The notes under the pieces were generated by a model that saw only the letters and a list, made by a program, of their open reading frames with translations, was not told where the DNA came from and did not search any database. A program made the translations under genes and the position numbers. Shown one piece after another: positions 1 through 9,750 of a stretch of DNA of 64,000 bases; within the stretch, counting starts at the first letter, position 1, and every line of letters starts with the position of its first letter. Origin of the DNA: Candidatus Saccharimonadota bacterium (GTDB lineage Bacteria; Patescibacteriota; Saccharimonadia; Saccharimonadales; DTSZ01); the NCBI GenBank assembly GCA_012965045.1, contig DTSZ01000001.1, positions 348,937 through 412,936 of the forward strand. The letters run 5' to 3'.

Positions 1-385
1 GTTTTCTAGATGCGTCAGCTATAAGTGACGGCGAAATTTCTTCAGCTGCACGCAAACGGGTCCACAAATAAAAGAAGAACAGCCCGCTAACAATTGTTAG
101 CGCCTCGAGTCCAGCCCATTCACTCAAGCCTCCAATAACAGAATTAGAGTCAAATAAATACGCGATGATGTCATTTCCGAGCAACACCGCTCCCAGCGTA
201 AGGCCAACCAGCGACAATACCATAAACAAATATTCTAAGCCTCTGCTTGAATACACTCGTGCCACTGGCATCGGAACAACCGTACCTTTAGCGTCGACTC
301 CTTTTAGTTTTTTAGCGTCCATTGTCGCTACGACAACCGGCGCTTCCTGTGTGTTAGTTTGCGTGGTTTTTTCAGCCTCAGCCAT
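1..385 (-). CDS. hypothetical membrane protein, partial (C-terminus lies beyond the window start)
   Basis: Not in the supplied ORF track. Reverse-strand ATG at 385-383 has an AAAGGAG Shine-Dalgarno (rc of 393-399) 7 nt upstream. The frame stays open to position 1. Translation MAEAEKTTQT...LFMVLSLVGLTLGAVLL...LTIVSGLFFFYLW contains two hydrophobic helix-like stretches. The + ORF 165-401 is its antisense shadow. Confidence 0.45.
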   Translation of the reverse strand, partial: MAEAEKTTQTNTQEAPVVVATMDAKKLKGVDAKGTVVPMPVARVYSSRGLEYLFMVLSLVGLTLGAVLLGNDIIAYLFDSNSVIGGLSEWAGLEALTIVSGLFFFYLWTRLRAAEEISPSLIADASRK

Positions 386-434
386 CTACCTACTCCTTTA
401 GTTAATAGTATTATACCACTATTGTGGTTGTGTT

Positions 435-2390
435 TTAGTGCTTCTCAAGACCGCTAATTAAATCTCGTAGTTCAGCGGCTTTTTCGAATTCTAAGTTTTT
501 AGCAGCTAAGTCCATTTGGTTTGTTAAGTCACGAATAAGATGAGGTATCTCACCCTTTGGTATTTTTCTAGGATCAAGCTTCTTTTTATCGCTATCAGGG
601 ATATCGGCACGCATACCCTTGTCGATATTTTTTTGGATTCCTTCTGGTGTTATTCCATGTTTTTTATTGTAGCTTTTTTGAATTTTACGTCGTCGATCAG
701 TTTCGTCGATTGCAGCTTTCATCGACCGTGTAATGTTGTCGGCATACATAATAACTCGACCCTCAACGTGGCGAGCCGCGCGGCCAATTGTCTGGACCAA
801 CGCGCTTTCACTTCGCAAGAACCCTTCTTTATCAGCATCTAAAATACAGACTAACGATACCTCTGGTAAGTCCAAGCCTTCTCGCAGCAGGTTTATTCCT
901 ACTACAATGTCGTAGGTACCCATGCGCAGATCTCGTAATATATCACTGCGTTCTAAAGTATCGACTTCGCTGTGCAAGTAGGCCACTTTAAAATCAGACT
1001 CCTCTAAATATTCTGTTAAATCCTCTGCCATACGCTTGGTGAGGGTCGTAACCAGCAAACGATGGCCTTTTTCAATTGTCTCTCGCGCTTCGGCGATTAG
1101 ATCATCAATCTGCCCTTCGGTTTTACGTATTTCAATCTCTGGGTCAATAAGACCAGTCGGGCGAATAACCTGCTGGGCGACGTGCGTGCTGCGACTTAGT
1201 TCGTAATCGCTCGGAGTAGCAGAAACATAAATCGCTTGATTTATGTGTCGTTCAAATTCGGTAAATGTTAAAGGTCGGTTGTCGAGCGCGCTTGGCAGCC
1301 TAAAGCCATGTTCAACTAATACTTCCTTACGAGCCCGATCGCCGTTATACATGCCGCGTACCTGAGGTATCGTCATGTGTGATTCATCAATCATTAGCAA
1401 GTAGTCGTCTGGGAAATAATCCAATAATGTTGCTGGCTGCTCGCCGGGTTCACGACTTGTCAAAAAACGTGAGTAGTTCTCAATGCCTTTGACGAAGCCT
1501 GTTTCTTCTAACATCTCAATATCAAAATTTGTGCGCTGCTCAAGCCGCTGGGCTTCAAGCAGTTTATTGTTCTTTTTAAAATGCTCTAGACGTTCATAAA
1601 GTTCGACCTTAATGTCTTCGATTGCCAATTTTATTTTATCGTGCGGTGTCACATAGTGGCTACTGGGATACACCGTATAGCTTTCAAGTTTTGCCTCTAC
1701 TTCGCCAGTTAGTGGATTTATCTTGGTGATCGCTTCCATTTCGTCACCAAAAAATTCTAGCCTGTAAGCCGACTCTTCGCTGGCTGGGTACACATCAATA
1801 ACATCACCGCGCACTCTGAATGTACCTCGCGCAAAATCTATGTCGTTACGAGTGTATTGAATATCGGTGAGTTGCCGTAAAAATTTATCGCGCTTTCTTT
1901 GTTCACCAACCGTAAGCTTAATAGACATGTCGCCATAACTTTCGACCGAACCAATACCATAAATACAGCTGACACTAGCAACAATAATCACATCTCGGCG
2001 GCTTAATAGACTAGAGGTGGCAGCATGCCGTAACCGATCAATTTCTTCATTGATTTGGCTGTCTTTTTCAATATAAACGTCTCTACCAGGCAAATAAGCT
2101 TCGGGTTGGTAGTAGTCGAAGTAACTAACAAAATAATGGACGGCGTTATTAGGAAAGAATCGTTTAAACTCACCGTAGAGCTGAGCAGCCAAGGTTTTAT
2201 TGTGCGCTAAAACTAAGGTTGGTTTTTGTGTTTGTTCAATAACATTTGCCATAGTAAATGTCTTACCAGAACCGGTTACACCAAGGAGCGTCTGCTCTTT
2301 ATCGCCTTTTTCTATTCGCGAAACCAAATCATATATAGCCTCGGGTTGGTCGCCAGTTGGTTTATAGTCGGTTTTTAATACTAAATTCAT
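435..2390 (-). CDS. uvrB: excinuclease ABC subunit B (UvrB)
   Basis: 651-aa ORF with Walker [11 protein letters not shown], helicase box MIDESHMT and C-terminal UVR-type helix [11 protein letters not shown]. Length and motif order fit bacterial UvrB. Confidence 0.97.
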   Translation of the reverse strand: MNLVLKTDYKPTGDQPEAIYDLVSRIEKGDKEQTLLGVTGSGKTFTMANVIEQTQKPTLVLAHNKTLAAQLYGEFKRFFPNNAVHYFVSYFDYYQPEAYLPGRDVYIEKDSQINEEIDRLRHAATSSLLSRRDVIIVASVSCIYGIGSVESYGDMSIKLTVGEQRKRDKFLRQLTDIQYTRNDIDFARGTFRVRGDVIDVYPASEESAYRLEFFGDEMEAITKINPLTGEVEAKLESYTVYPSSHYVTPHDKIKLAIEDIKVELYERLEHFKKNNKLLEAQRLEQRTNFDIEMLEETGFVKGIENYSRFLTSREPGEQPATLLDYFPDDYLLMIDESHMTIPQVRGMYNGDRARKEVLVEHGFRLPSALDNRPLTFTEFERHINQAIYVSATPSDYELSRSTHVAQQVIRPTGLIDPEIEIRKTEGQIDDLIAEARETIEKGHRLLVTTLTKRMAEDLTEYLEESDFKVAYLHSEVDTLERSDILRDLRMGTYDIVVGINLLREGLDLPEVSLVCILDADKEGFLRSESALVQTIGRAARHVEGRVIMYADNITRSMKAAIDETDRRRKIQKSYNKKHGITPEGIQKNIDKGMRADIPDSDKKKLDPRKIPKGEIPHLIRDLTNQMDLAAKNLEFEKAAELRDLISGLEKH

Positions 2391-2473
2391 TGTACTAGTC
2401 TACCATTTACGCTGTGTTTTGGTTTTTTCAATACTTTATTATATAATTTTGAAATTAATGGAATCCACAGCAT

Positions 2474-2863
2474 ATGTTTGAACACCCTATCGGCAGCGAT
2501 GAACTAGAAGCAGTTACAGAAGCAGCCAGCCATGCCCTAGCCGAAATTAGTGAAGGGACTCTCTATCTGCGCTCCGCAGCTGGAGAGCTCGGAGCGGCAA
2601 TATATAGTGGGACTCTTGCTCAAACTGCAGTAGAGCAAACCAGACACTCACTCCGCGTCAGTCGGGCTGAACTTAGGCGCGCTGGTCAAGCCGCCCCAGA
2701 AGCCCCTATTGAATTCTTATTGAGTGCTGCTCTTAGGTTTTACTATGAAAAACGAGAACAAGACTCTGACACATTCTATGGCAAAAAACAACACCGAATA
2801 CTTAACGCAAGAAGCACCAGTTCTTTTTTAAAGGCACTTGAGCATAGCCCTGTCTCCAGTTAG
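2474..2863 (+). CDS. hypothetical protein (129 aa, Ala-rich)
   Basis: Only long ORF in the uvrB/LOG spacer. No recognisable motif and no clear Shine-Dalgarno sequence. Confidence 0.3.
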   Translation: MFEHPIGSDELEAVTEAASHALAEISEGTLYLRSAAGELGAAIYSGTLAQTAVEQTRHSLRVSRAELRRAGQAAPEAPIEFLLSAALRFYYEKREQDSDTFYGKKQHRILNARSTSSFLKALEHSPVSS

Positions 2864-2875
2864 GGTGAGTTCGTA

Positions 2876-3427
2876 CTAGGGCTTTCTAAGCATCTCTTCT
2901 ACAGACCTCACCAACCTGACTGGGTCGGTATCAAAGACAACTCGGTGAGCGGCAAAATCTCGCATGCCAGCCGCACGCATAACATCATCAAATTCCTCGG
3001 TTGTACCGCCCGCACCAAGTAACACGCCACATGGTTTATGTTGTTCCATGGCTATTGTAAATTCATGCAGCGTCCCTAACCGTCCACCGATAAATATTAC
3101 GGCGTCACTTGATGAAATAAGTAATACGTCACGACCAATATAGTGGAGTCCGGTGAACAGAATGACATCGTAGCTTTCGGTCGGTAGCCGGTATTTTTTG
3201 GTGTGGGCTAGTTTCGTGGCGGCTGGGCTAATCCCAACGCTAATTCCGCCGACACTTTTAGCTCCTTGTGCTGCTCTATCAGGCAATCCTACGGTAGCGC
3301 CGGTCATAATTTGGTGGCCAGCTTTAGCGATTGCAACCCCAGCGTCAAAGGCTATTGTGTGCCCTGTCTCGACAGTTTTCCCACCAGCAGCACCCGAAAC
3401 ACAGATTTGATATGTATTCTTAGTCAT
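2876..3427 (-). CDS. LOG/SLOG-type Rossmann-fold protein (TIGR00725-like, lysine-decarboxylase-like family)
   Basis: 183 aa. Pattern ICVSGAAGG...IMTGATVGLPDRAAQGA...GGISVGI...DAVIFIGGRLGTLHEF matches the GGxGT-x-x-E signature and layout of LOG/TIGR00725 proteins. Its ATG overlaps the upstream stop as TAATG at 3425-3429. Confidence 0.75.
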   Translation of the reverse strand: MTKNTYQICVSGAAGGKTVETGHTIAFDAGVAIAKAGHQIMTGATVGLPDRAAQGAKSVGGISVGISPAATKLAHTKKYRLPTESYDVILFTGLHYIGRDVLLISSSDAVIFIGGRLGTLHEFTIAMEQHKPCGVLLGAGGTTEEFDDVMRAAGMRDFAAHRVVFDTDPVRLVRSVEEMLRKP

Positions 3428-4695
3428 TACCCGTGTATTCCATCATGGCTATGGTCGGGCTTTAAGGTTTCTGGTGCAACCATGTCATTGTCGAGTTGAA
3501 CGAGCACCTGATTTTTTAGAACATCTTCCCCCATGTAGCGAGAGAATATTTCATTCCAAAGCGATTCGCGCATATGGTAGACATAACGGTCGCCATAGCC
3601 TATTCCATTTGAGTAACCAAAAGAAACATCTGTAAGATTGAACGAATTTGGTTTATTGTCGTCCTCAAACCGTGCCACATAGTCCATATCGTGCCAAAAT
3701 TCCATTTCTGGGTCCAAGCTGTATAAAAGTTCTTCGGCTTTGCGCCAGTGCAAGTCCTCAGGGTGAAGATGTGGCTGAAACGCTTCTGGGTGACTTTCGT
3801 CTTTTAATTTACCAAAATAGCGCTGAATTACTCGCCAGTGAATATTTTGGCCTGCCATTATTGCCGCATTACTTGGGTCGGCAATAAGTGTGTCTACAAT
3901 TTCTTCGCCAAAATTAGGTTTAACCTGGCTTAATTTGAAAAAGCTTGAATACAGACGAATCTCGTTAATGTAGTGGTAGAGCAACGGCAGAGTTTTTAGA
4001 GTTATGCCGCGCATTTTTTCTTGTTTCATTGGTACTACAATAATTGTGCCAAGCTCTTTGGTGTGCGTTACATTATGCAATTTTTTCTTAGTGAACTTTT
4101 CTGCCATGCCTGCCCACTTGTCGTGGTCCATAATCACAATATTAATTTCGCGTTCTTCAAAATCACTTGGGGTAATCTTTTTAAATAGCTCGTTGTAATC
4201 ATTAAGCCAATCACCGCCTTCGCTAAAACGAAGAGCGCTATAAATTTCGTCGAAATTTTCTTGCTTAAACATGCTGTCAATACTGCGGTAATTTAAATGC
4301 TCCATCATTTTTTTCGGTGGCATTTCTCGTAACATATCTTTGGCGACCGATCGTTTGAGCGCCCAGCAGGTTTTAAGGGTGTCTGTTTCTTCAGCGGTTT
4401 TAACTGCAGCATCTACCACTCCGCGAATATCGCTGTGATCTTTGGCACCAATGATTTTAGTAACACGTTCATTATCTTGCTCGACGCGGTTCATTAAAGC
4501 AGCGTAAAGCTCCGGTCCTGTGGTGTCGTCAGGGTCAAGCCCTAAGGTCCGTAGGGCAATCCGCACCTTCTCGTCGATCTCGGCAATCAACCGCACATCA
4601 ACTGATTTTTCACCACTGGTTTTCTCAAGTTGCTTTAAAGCATGACTAAATAGTGGTTCTTCCGCATCTAAAAGTCGTGATAATTTTCGTGCCAT
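3427..4695 (-). CDS. conserved-looking hypothetical protein (422 aa), no family recognised
   Basis: Long uninterrupted ORF with normal amino-acid composition, translationally coupled (TAATG) to the LOG-like gene downstream. I recognise no catalytic motif. Confidence 0.7.
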   Translation of the reverse strand: MARKLSRLLDAEEPLFSHALKQLEKTSGEKSVDVRLIAEIDEKVRIALRTLGLDPDDTTGPELYAALMNRVEQDNERVTKIIGAKDHSDIRGVVDAAVKTAEETDTLKTCWALKRSVAKDMLREMPPKKMMEHLNYRSIDSMFKQENFDEIYSALRFSEGGDWLNDYNELFKKITPSDFEEREINIVIMDHDKWAGMAEKFTKKKLHNVTHTKELGTIIVVPMKQEKMRGITLKTLPLLYHYINEIRLYSSFFKLSQVKPNFGEEIVDTLIADPSNAAIMAGQNIHWRVIQRYFGKLKDESHPEAFQPHLHPEDLHWRKAEELLYSLDPEMEFWHDMDYVARFEDDNKPNSFNLTDVSFGYSNGIGYGDRYVYHMRESLWNEIFSRYMGEDVLKNQVLVQLDNDMVAPETLKPDHSHDGIHG

Positions 4696-4743
4696 GTTTG
4701 TTTCTCTTTTACTAACAAAACAATAACATTTTTTTGCTTATGC

Positions 4744-5706
4744 TTAAAGGGCTGATACGTCCAATGGCATGTCGTGGATATTCGCAGAATCTGTAAGAAT
4801 TCCTTTTTTAGCTCCAATATGCTGAATCACAGATGTTGAGTTAGCTGAACCGCGGGTAATAGCTTCTTCTATTGAATGGCCTTTGATCAAAGCTGCCGTC
4901 ATGCCGCTGCAAAAAGCGTCCCCTGCCCCTGTTCTATCAACAGCTTTTACATCTTCGTACATGCCAGCTTTTACAAATTTCTTGCCGTCGGTTGCATACG
5001 AACCATTAGGGCCGTCAGTTAAAATAACGTACTTAACGTAGCCAGCGATGGACCGCAATATAACCCTTGGTTTATCGCTTTTTACTAGCATCTGCCATTC
5101 TTCTTTATTCAGACTGATAAGATCAAGCTTAGGTAGCAATTTTTTTAAGATACCGACATGCTTTAATTCACCCTTACCTGGGTTAATCGCTATCTTAATT
5201 CCTTTTTTATGTGCTGTATTAACCAAGTATTCCAAGACCTCCATATTGCCAGCTAAACTACTAATATAGAGCCATTTTGCATTTAAATCAGACGGTCTAA
5301 AGTTTTCTTTTCGGTAGTGCGTTGAAGCGCCGCGGTACGTTAAAATTGTTCGCTCGCCGTTTGGCGCAAGTAATAAAACCGAATAACCAGTTGAATATTT
5401 TCTAGAGTAGGTTAAATGAGAAATATCAACACCTTCAGAAACTAGTCCTGTTTTAACTGCCGCGCCTGCTGGGTCGCTCGCAATTTTCCCCATAAAACAG
5501 CTGCTTAAGCCATTTCGCGCAAAGGTTACGGCCGCATTCGTGGCTCCGCCTCCTGTTGAAAATGTAATCCCGTCCACATCTAGTTTAGAGCCGAGAGGAA
5601 ATTCAGCTACCCAGTTATTGCCTTCTTTTTGTGGAGCTAAGACCTTGCCTGATAAAAACACGTCCTGTACTGCAGCACCTACACTTACAACATCAAATTG
5701 TTTCAT
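4744..5706 (-). CDS. PfkB-family carbohydrate/nucleoside kinase (ribokinase-like)
   Basis: 320 aa with PfkB signatures GGGATNAAVTFARNG (N-terminal) and DRTGAGDAFCSG (C-terminal ATP/anion-hole motif). Confidence 0.85.
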   Translation of the reverse strand: MKQFDVVSVGAAVQDVFLSGKVLAPQKEGNNWVAEFPLGSKLDVDGITFSTGGGATNAAVTFARNGLSSCFMGKIASDPAGAAVKTGLVSEGVDISHLTYSRKYSTGYSVLLLAPNGERTILTYRGASTHYRKENFRPSDLNAKWLYISSLAGNMEVLEYLVNTAHKKGIKIAINPGKGELKHVGILKKLLPKLDLISLNKEEWQMLVKSDKPRVILRSIAGYVKYVILTDGPNGSYATDGKKFVKAGMYEDVKAVDRTGAGDAFCSGMTAALIKGHSIEEAITRGSANSTSVIQHIGAKKGILTDSANIHDMPLDVSAL

Positions 5707-5799
5707 TTTATCAATCCACCCTGTTTTTTATTACTCTTATGCTTGCATAATTTTAAATAATTAACAATAATATCTTTACTTTGGTCTTTAACAATACAT

Positions 5800-6545
5800 A
5801 GAAGATGGTCTAGGTAGAGCTGACGAGTCGTCGGTTGCATCTAGATTATCTTCTTAACCTGGTGAACTATTCTGTTGCCGCAGAATGAGACGTCATTAGT
5901 TTGATGGCTCCGACTCTTGGCACGCAGAGTTGTAGTTCACCTTTGCTGCGGAATAGATACCAACCACAAATGATCAAGATGGTCAGAGGTTGTGCATTCT
6001 ACCTGTTTGACGCTAGGATTTCGGGTCAACACAGGACGATGAGACCGTCTCATCCCGCAGCTTAAATTTGGTGATTGGCATTCTGCCAGAAAACAGCAAC
6101 CCCTCACGTGCTGCACTCTCAGCACGCGCTGTTTTTGACTGAATCATGCGTAACCGCACGATTTGGCGTCACCCGGCTGGACTCAGCGAACAGATTTAGC
6201 ATCTCCCCCCCATGCTTCTTCTGTGCTGAGTTCAGCTAAACGTCTGGACCAGCTCGGCCACCCACCCCCTCTACCCGGGTTGGCCCAGACGATCGTCCTC
6301 CAGGGCATACGTTGATGTCGTCGCACATCGTGCCGCACTCGTACTGTCCTGGAGGACGACCAAACTTCCCACGGGGAGTCAGCTACCGCCGAGAGGGGGC
6401 CCTCGCGCGCTGCTGACTCCCCGCTGGGATGCAAAGATCAAGGAAATTTGGGGAAGAGGCCGCGGTTTTTTGGCAGCGAGAGGTTTTGAATGGCATTTGC
6501 TATTCAATCAAGATATCCACTCCCCTAAGACCACAAAAACCGCCG
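5800..6545 (-). ncRNA. candidate large structured RNA, family unknown
   Basis: 906-bp gap between pfkB and fba in a window where gaps are usually under 100 bp. Its only ORFs (62 and 83 aa) translate to Arg/Trp-rich nonsense. Local GC is high (42 of 60 nt in 6241-6300). At least 9 helices of 7-13 bp are present. Three helices gain a G-U pair only when read on the minus strand. Boundaries are approximate. Confidence 0.4.
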
Positions 6546-6612
6546 CCTATAACACTCAGTAGATACCAGTTGTAAGCTTAAAAATTGACTTTACAATTGT
6601 GATTTATAGCAA

Positions 6613-7524
6613 CTAACCTGCTTTATTAGTTGTGCCAAACAATTCTATTTTTTCTTCTACAACTTTTTGGACCGCTTCAATAACGGGGCCCATTAACTTT
6701 ACAACCGCATACTGATCTGGGTTGTCTTTTAATTGTTGTTCTAACGTAGTTCTAAACGCATAACGCATATCAGAATTTATATTAACTTTGCTGATACCGT
6801 TGCTTACAGCAGCTTGGTAATAGTGACCAGGTGTACCCGAACCGCCATGTAAACTTAAAAAAGCATCTTCTGGTATTGCGGCTTTAATTTGTTTTAAAAG
6901 TTCAATGTCCAGTTTTTTAGGTACTGGGTACTTACCGTGCAAGTTTCCAATGGCTACTGCAAAGGTGTCAATGCCTGTTGCTTCTATAAACTCTTTTGTG
7001 CCTTGGGGTGTGCTGAATGTCTTTCTGATTTCTTCATAGTCAATGTCTTCGTCGTGCACGTTGCTGCTGCCGCCAAAATAGTGCGGTTCACTTTCAACAA
7101 TTGCGCCACTTACGGTGGCTGCGTAGTCAACGACCTCTTTAGTTTTAGCAATAATTTCTTCTTCACTAGCATCTTTATTGGCCTGTGATATATCGATATG
7201 AATAAACTCATATCCTTCATCTATTGCGGCTTTTGCAGCTTCTACTTCTGGCGAGTGGTCAAGATTAATATATAACTCTACTCCGTACTGTTCGCGGTAA
7301 TTGTCTACCATGTCGCGAATATTCTTAAGGCCCATGGCTTTAACTTCACCAGCGCTCACTTCTACCATGCCAGGTGCATTTTTGGCAGCCAATGCCTTAC
7401 AGGCCGCAATTAAAGTTTCTTGATTATCGATATTAAAAGCACCGAGTGCGTAGCCTTCTCGTTTTGCTTTTGCATATGCAGTCCGTGCCTGTTCGCATCT
7501 TTTTTTACTGTCCCATTGTGCCAT
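6613..7524 (-). CDS. fba: class II fructose-bisphosphate aldolase
   Basis: 303 aa. Motifs YINLDHS, FIHIDIS and SLHGGSGTP are typical of class II (metal-dependent) ketose-bisphosphate aldolases. Confidence 0.9.
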   Translation of the reverse strand: MAQWDSKKRCEQARTAYAKAKREGYALGAFNIDNQETLIAACKALAAKNAPGMVEVSAGEVKAMGLKNIRDMVDNYREQYGVELYINLDHSPEVEAAKAAIDEGYEFIHIDISQANKDASEEEIIAKTKEVVDYAATVSGAIVESEPHYFGGSSNVHDEDIDYEEIRKTFSTPQGTKEFIEATGIDTFAVAIGNLHGKYPVPKKLDIELLKQIKAAIPEDAFLSLHGGSGTPGHYYQAAVSNGISKVNINSDMRYAFRTTLEQQLKDNPDQYAVVKLMGPVIEAVQKVVEEKIELFGTTNKAG

Positions 7525-7626
7525 GATGTATTTCCTTGTTCTTTACGCTTATGCTAGCACATAAAGCGCGTAAGAGTGTATCGCTTATGCTGGTATATAA
7601 AATTTATATACTTTATAGTCACAACT

Positions 7627-8781
7627 ATGAGTGAGCTACAGCAACAGGCGGAATATTCACCAGTTAATATCGTGCAAGCTATGGATGCCTTGCAAGCCAA
7701 GCATCAAAACGAGATCCTTTTGTCCTATGACAGTGTTGTGTATGGCGCGCAAGAGACGAAGCGAGTACTTAAGTCCGTTTCGGACGAGTCAGCCAATGGA
7801 GTTGAATACGCAGCAGATGCCCTCAGCGCTGAGGGCTCAATACTCCACCAAGAAACAGCGAGACTATTTTTTAATCAAGATACGACTGAAACCAACTTTC
7901 AACCCCTTATGAATGATCCGGACCTTGGCTTTTTTCGAACTATCGGATTACCGGAACTAAAAGACCTAAGTAAAACACTGCGCCAGCCAGAAGTCCGCTG
8001 GGGCTTAAATACAACGCACCGAGTTTATACAGAAACCGACATTGCAAAGTCACTTCCTGAAGTCATACAACACTTGAATCCTTTAGCTTTGTTAGATTTA
8101 TTCCGCAGGGTCGGAAAAACCATAACTACAAGCAGCCAAGAAGAGGTTGATCAGCAAATTGGTACCTATATTGCGCCTGTTGCGCCAAGCCAGTACCAAA
8201 ATCCCTCTACTCGGATCGACTGGCTTATACGCGAAGCAGGTGGCAGCAAGATTCAAGAGGTAGCTAATCAGCTTCTATGGGTGCTTCAGAATTATGATAA
8301 AGATATTCGTCGTGAACTTAAAACAAGAACACTGCAACAGTTGACGGTACGATATGGTGATAATGTGCAAACTATTTTTATAAAACCCGACAAAGAAGTT
8401 GCTCGCTTTGCAGCCCAATACCCAGACGATCCGATCGATCTGCTGGGCATAAGTGAAATACGCAAAGGCCGAAATGCTACTCGCCAGGCTGGATACAGGG
8501 CTCATTTTAGATCTGGCAGACAAATCCAGTCGTCGATTGGAGTAGCCCTTGATCCACGAACTGAAAAACCAGCGTATACGGCAACGTTAACAAGCGAAGG
8601 CGGCGATCAGACCGAGATATATGCCAACACCTTATTTACTGCGCTTGCGGCACTTCGTGATAACCCAGCGTTAGTCTCAGAACATCAACTTGAGCAACTC
8701 GATTTCAATCAACGTCTTTTTGCATTAGCATGCGTTCCTACTTTACGGGAGAAAATTTTCGAATCTGCGGGACTAGTTTAG
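7627..8781 (+). CDS. hypothetical protein (about 384 aa)
   Basis: Long ORF. I prefer the ATG at 7627 (MSELQQQ) over the track start 7576, whose first 17 codons are hydrophobic, AT-rich read-through. No motif recognised. The 3' end overlaps the convergent transketolase gene by 9 nt. Confidence 0.6.
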   Translation: MSELQQQAEYSPVNIVQAMDALQAKHQNEILLSYDSVVYGAQETKRVLKSVSDESANGVEYAADALSAEGSILHQETARLFFNQDTTETNFQPLMNDPDLGFFRTIGLPELKDLSKTLRQPEVRWGLNTTHRVYTETDIAKSLPEVIQHLNPLALLDLFRRVGKTITTSSQEEVDQQIGTYIAPVAPSQYQNPSTRIDWLIREAGGSKIQEVANQLLWVLQNYDKDIRRELKTRTLQQLTVRYGDNVQTIFIKPDKEVARFAAQYPDDPIDLLGISEIRKGRNATRQAGYRAHFRSGRQIQSSIGVALDPRTEKPAYTATLTSEGGDQTEIYANTLFTALAALRDNPALVSEHQLEQLDFNQRLFALACVPTLREKIFESAGLV

Positions 8782-9750
8782 GAAGCCAGTGATTTGCTTA
8801 GCCATTTGCTTGCCTGTTAAACCAAAGTGCTCCAGCAATTCTTGTGGTTTGCCAGACTGTCCATAGCTGTCTCTAACTCCAATTCTCATTGCTGGCACTG
8901 GATTGTGCTCGCTTAAAAATTCAATAACTGCGCTGCCAAAACCAGCAGCAATCTGAGCTTCTTCAGCGGTTACCAGTTTGCCAGTTTTATTCACACTGGC
9001 TAAAATTGTTGCTCCGTCCAGTGGTTTTACGACAGGTACGTGAACTACCTCTGCATCAATGCCTTTTTTAGCTAGTAAGTCTGCGGCAACCAGTAGTTGA
9101 TAGGTCATAGTGCCGGTACCTGCCAAGGTAATATCTGTGCCCTTTCGTAGTACGTGCGCTCTGTGCAAATCAAATGGTGAATCATTGGTTGTAAATACTG
9201 GAGTAGCTTCACGGGCTAAGCGAATGTAAGCCGGGTTTTCAATGTCTTCAGCCAGTGCTAGTGTGGCTTTTTCTGCCTCGACAGAGTCGCCAGGACAAAC
9301 CACCACCATATGCGGCAACACACGCATGAGCGCAATGTCTTCCAGCATTTGGTGCGTTGCGCCATCTGGCCCTACAGACACACCAGCATGTGAACCAACA
9401 ATCCGTACAGGCAACTCACCCATGCAAATACTGGTTCTAATTTGGTCAAAGCTTCTGCCAGGGTGAAAGGCTGCATAACTAGAACTAAACGGAATCCTGC
9501 CAGCGATAGCCAGACCAGCCGAAACGCTGGCAAGGTTTTGTTCGGCAATACCAATTTCTACGAATCGATCAGGAAATGCATCGCGAAAACCATTCATTTT
9601 TGTTGAATCAGTTAAATCTGCGCATAACGCTACAACCCGTTCGTCTTGTTGGCCAGCTTTGACTAATCCTCGGCCAAATCCACTGCGAATCGGCTCTTGC
9701 TTACAGGATTTTTTAAACATATCTGGGTCTAAATGTTTTGCGTAGCTCAT
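8773..9750 (-). CDS. tkt: transketolase, C-terminal subunit (pyrimidine-binding plus C-terminal domains)
   Basis: 325 aa. Motifs FVEIGIAEQN, HAGVSVGPDGATHQ and the C-terminal domain are present. The start overlaps the stop of the N-terminal subunit gene (ATGA at 9747-9750). This is the split-transketolase arrangement. Confidence 0.9.
   Translation of the reverse strand: MSYAKHLDPDMFKKSCKQEPIRSGFGRGLVKAGQQDERVVALCADLTDSTKMNGFRDAFPDRFVEIGIAEQNLASVSAGLAIAGRIPFSSSYAAFHPGRSFDQIRTSICMGELPVRIVGSHAGVSVGPDGATHQMLEDIALMRVLPHMVVVCPGDSVEAEKATLALAEDIENPAYIRLAREATPVFTTNDSPFDLHRAHVLRKGTDITLAGTGTMTYQLLVAADLLAKKGIDAEVVHVPVVKPLDGATILASVNKTGKLVTAEEAQIAAGFGSAVIEFLSEHNPVPAMRIGVRDSYGQSGKPQELLEHFGLTGKQMAKQITGFLN

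Noticed and set aside
5937-6434. Track ORFs 5937-6125 (62 aa) and 6183-6434 (83 aa) inside the fba-pfkB gap, considered as protein genes
   Set aside because: Their translations are Arg/Trp/Ser/Gly-rich with no start context. They coincide with long inverted repeats. They look like by-products of GC-rich structured non-coding sequence.
5800-6545. Identifying the structured segment as RNase P RNA, tmRNA, a group II intron or 5S-like rRNA
   Set aside because: On either strand I could not find GGAAAGUCC with a distant ACAGAAnnCGGCUUA partner. The AAAGGUGAACUA / ACAGAAUAGUUCACC pair is only a local hairpin about 70 nt apart. There is no tRNA-like GGUUCGAnUCC...CCA end. The GCAGCUUAA string at 6057-6065 is on the less-favoured strand without tmRNA ends. 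There is no 5' GUGYG plus domain V hairpin. The partial GAACUCAG similarity to 5S is too short. This needs a covariance-model search.
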